Positions 63,301 through 64,000 of a stretch of 64,000 bases of DNA are shown piece by piece (the first letter of the stretch is position 1; each line of letters begins with the position of its first letter). The notes under the pieces are model-generated. The model did no database searches. It saw only the letters and a list, made by a program, of their open reading frames with translations, and was not told where the DNA came from. Origin of the DNA: Bacteroidales bacterium. GTDB lineage: Bacteria > Bacteroidota > Bacteroidia > Bacteroidales > UBA3824. The stretch covers positions 4,045 through 68,044 of the forward strand of contig JAFYDK010000088.1 of NCBI GenBank assembly GCA_017544805.1, written 5' to 3'. The translations under genes were made by a program, and so were the position numbers.

Positions 63301-64000
63301 TGAAGCCGCATCAATTGAGAAAGCACCGCTTTTTTCAAAAACTTTGATTTCATAACGTGCTCTGAGTTTGTTCGGGAAAGTTTCCCAAGATTTTTTGTTG
63401 AAAAGTTCCCTTACAGTAACCTCTCCGTTTTGGTCTAAATTACCGGAGAAAATCTGTTGTTCGTAACCGTCATAATCGGTTGTGCGGGCGTTTGAAAATT
63501 TATAATCTTTGAAATTTTCAAACTCCAAGGATCTCGGAGAAAGTTTTCTTGAAACGCTGACTTTTAGATTTGCCGCCGTTGCGCCGTGTAGCCATGTCGA
63601 TTTGATTTTCAGCGAGTTGTTTTTGGTCGTTAAAAATTCTTTGTTGAAATCGGCAAAGATTTTAAGACGGTTTGGTTTTACGTTTTCAACTCTGAGGTTG
63701 GTTCTGAAAGTTGCATTTCCGCAAGTTACAACAGCGTTGTAAGTTCCCGTAGGAGCCTCGTCGTCGGTCTTGAAATTAAATACGTAAAAATTAGTATTGT
63801 TTTTCTTAACAGTTTCTTTTACAATCTGTTGAGAGCGTGAATTTCTAACCTCCAAGGTTATCGGGAAACCTTCGGGCAAGGGTTGTTCGTTTTCTTCTTT
63901 TAGGATGAAACTAAGGTGAATCGAATCACCCGGTCTCCAAACGCCTCTTTCACCATAAAGATAACCTCTCAAACCGTCGGTTACATCTGTGCCTGAAATG
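60307..64000 (-). CDS. Bacterial alpha-2-macroglobulin family protein (5' end beyond window), thioester motif absent
   Basis: More than 1230 codons are open to the window edge; the track's start at 63972 is an internal TTG. The protein shows MG-domain-type blocks (RGVWRPGDSIHLSFIL), a bait/thioester-region block INTYPYESLESIVSRGFAMLY, and a TPR-like alpha-helical TED region. Confidence 0.88.
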   Translation of the reverse strand, partial: ISGTDVTDGLRGYLYGERGVWRPGDSIHLSFILKEENEQPLPEGFPITLEVRNSRSQQIVKETVKKNNTNFYVFNFKTDDEAPTGTYNAVVTCGNATFRTNLRVENVKPNRLKIFADFNKEFLTTKNNSLKIKSTWLHGATAANLKVSVSRKLSPRSLEFENFKDYKFSNARTTDYDGYEQQIFSGNLDQNGEVTVRELFNKKSWETFPNKLRARYEIKVFEKSGAFSIDAASIDLYPYDYYFGIRMPQTDRWCLEVDKDYKVDLVAVDTYGKLDTKNHRIAVKLYKLKWQYWYDSNNYISNYDTEILQGDTLNISGRASYNFKVKYPDWGRYMIEATDLETGNTSSEIFYMDWPESFGRSPMMSQGTTVIELTSDKTTYNVGETVKINIPAPEDSRALISIESASKVLRSQWVDAKAGNTEFQFQTDEKMIPGAYVFVTLLQPHGQTVNDLPIRMYGVLPINVEDEKTKLQPEISMPEKIEAESEVHITVSEKSNKSMTYTIAVVDDGLLDLTHFQTPDAWKTFYSRPSLNVRTFDMFDNVIGAFGGKIERIFSIGGDDESSSEQGKKKANNFESVVAFLGPFTYDGKKRTHTIKMPKYIGSVRTMVVAGNGKAFGSAEKTSIVSKPLMLYATTPRLLSTSEKFVLPVTVFTGEDNIKNVNITVKASNGFTLEGENSKQLTFSGKGEQNPEFQLKTADTPGIGTVEITAVSGSHKSTIKLDVEIRQPNVKTTHSWQRLVKKGETVDIEFDAIGRANTNTGQINVCGVLPMNLDYHLTEINTYPYESLESIVSRGFAMLYADKLSDMTAAKKDSIESIIRKSIEKIYSYQASSGGLSYWRNYNYTDVWITNYTGHFMAEAKKAGYSVKKDFFDKWKKYQKAKAEGWTADNRESYSSQAYRLYTLTLNNEALTGQMNRLKQQKNLTDDAKIYLAAAYALSGKAETGKSLINTIPVENRYYDKTSMLLTLCELGEREKAFTIARNLSLELTSENYWALLHYESMSIFALGKYFEKYKQAKEINCNYKFNSQAAKDVKTEKLFYSGDLKFTETGKQVLTFTNNSSGDLYVELTNSGIPEVGQEKAENSIITCSVKYVDASGKEISPKNIKQGTEFTSIVTIKNPSDEYINDLVITEMYASGWEIDNNIVSDSGSDDDEDDDYYYRRKYSINFTDIRDDKKFTYFTLNPKGSITFKTQLVAAYKGSYYLPGIVCENLKDNKIFAKTKGSTAEVE

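Noticed and set aside
1-64000. Genomic island or mobile element anywhere in the window
   Set aside because: There is no integrase, transposase, tRNA attachment site, flanking direct repeat or obvious compositional break. Housekeeping genes are spread evenly through the window.

Overview
AT-rich chromosomal segment, almost certainly from a member of the Bacteroidota. Evidence: a type-B T9SS C-terminal sorting domain with SprB-type repeats, GH97, a PorE-like TPR/PD40/OmpA protein, and many intergenic TAnnTTTG -7 boxes. I resolve 39 protein-coding genes plus one probable frameshifted small lipoprotein gene. Two genes run off the window edges: a Cache/HAMP/GAF sensor at the left edge, which the ORF track misses because it has no in-window stop, and an alpha-2-macroglobulin at the right edge. 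Several ORF-track starts are non-ATG extensions and I trimmed them to the first plausible ATG. Content is mostly housekeeping (lysA, priA, aminotransferase, asd, rnz, purT, metY, rpsA, tsaD, a RelA-type RSH) interleaved with envelope and secreted proteins. I see no rRNA, tRNA, CRISPR array, transposase, integrase or phage genes. I also find no compact multi-gene cassette that convincingly looks like a defence or other novel system. The best leads are single-gene or two-gene oddities: (1) an Nramp-fold transporter in which every canonical metal-site position is substituted; (2) two SiaC/DUF1987-like modules fused to zinc ribbons in opposite domain order; (3) a purT-linked pair in which a membrane protein with two Tim44-like modules and inserted zinc ribbons overlaps a CapA-like gene; (4) a secreted MORN-repeat caspase-like protein; (5) a barrel + TSP3 + OmpA fusion with a PorP/SprF-like N-terminal motif; (6) two 7-bp-periodic AATTGA-type arrays that start inside stop codons, one forming an 18-bp CAATTG-rich hairpin directly in front of a CNNM gene. 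All functional calls rest on by-eye motif recognition, since no searches could be run.
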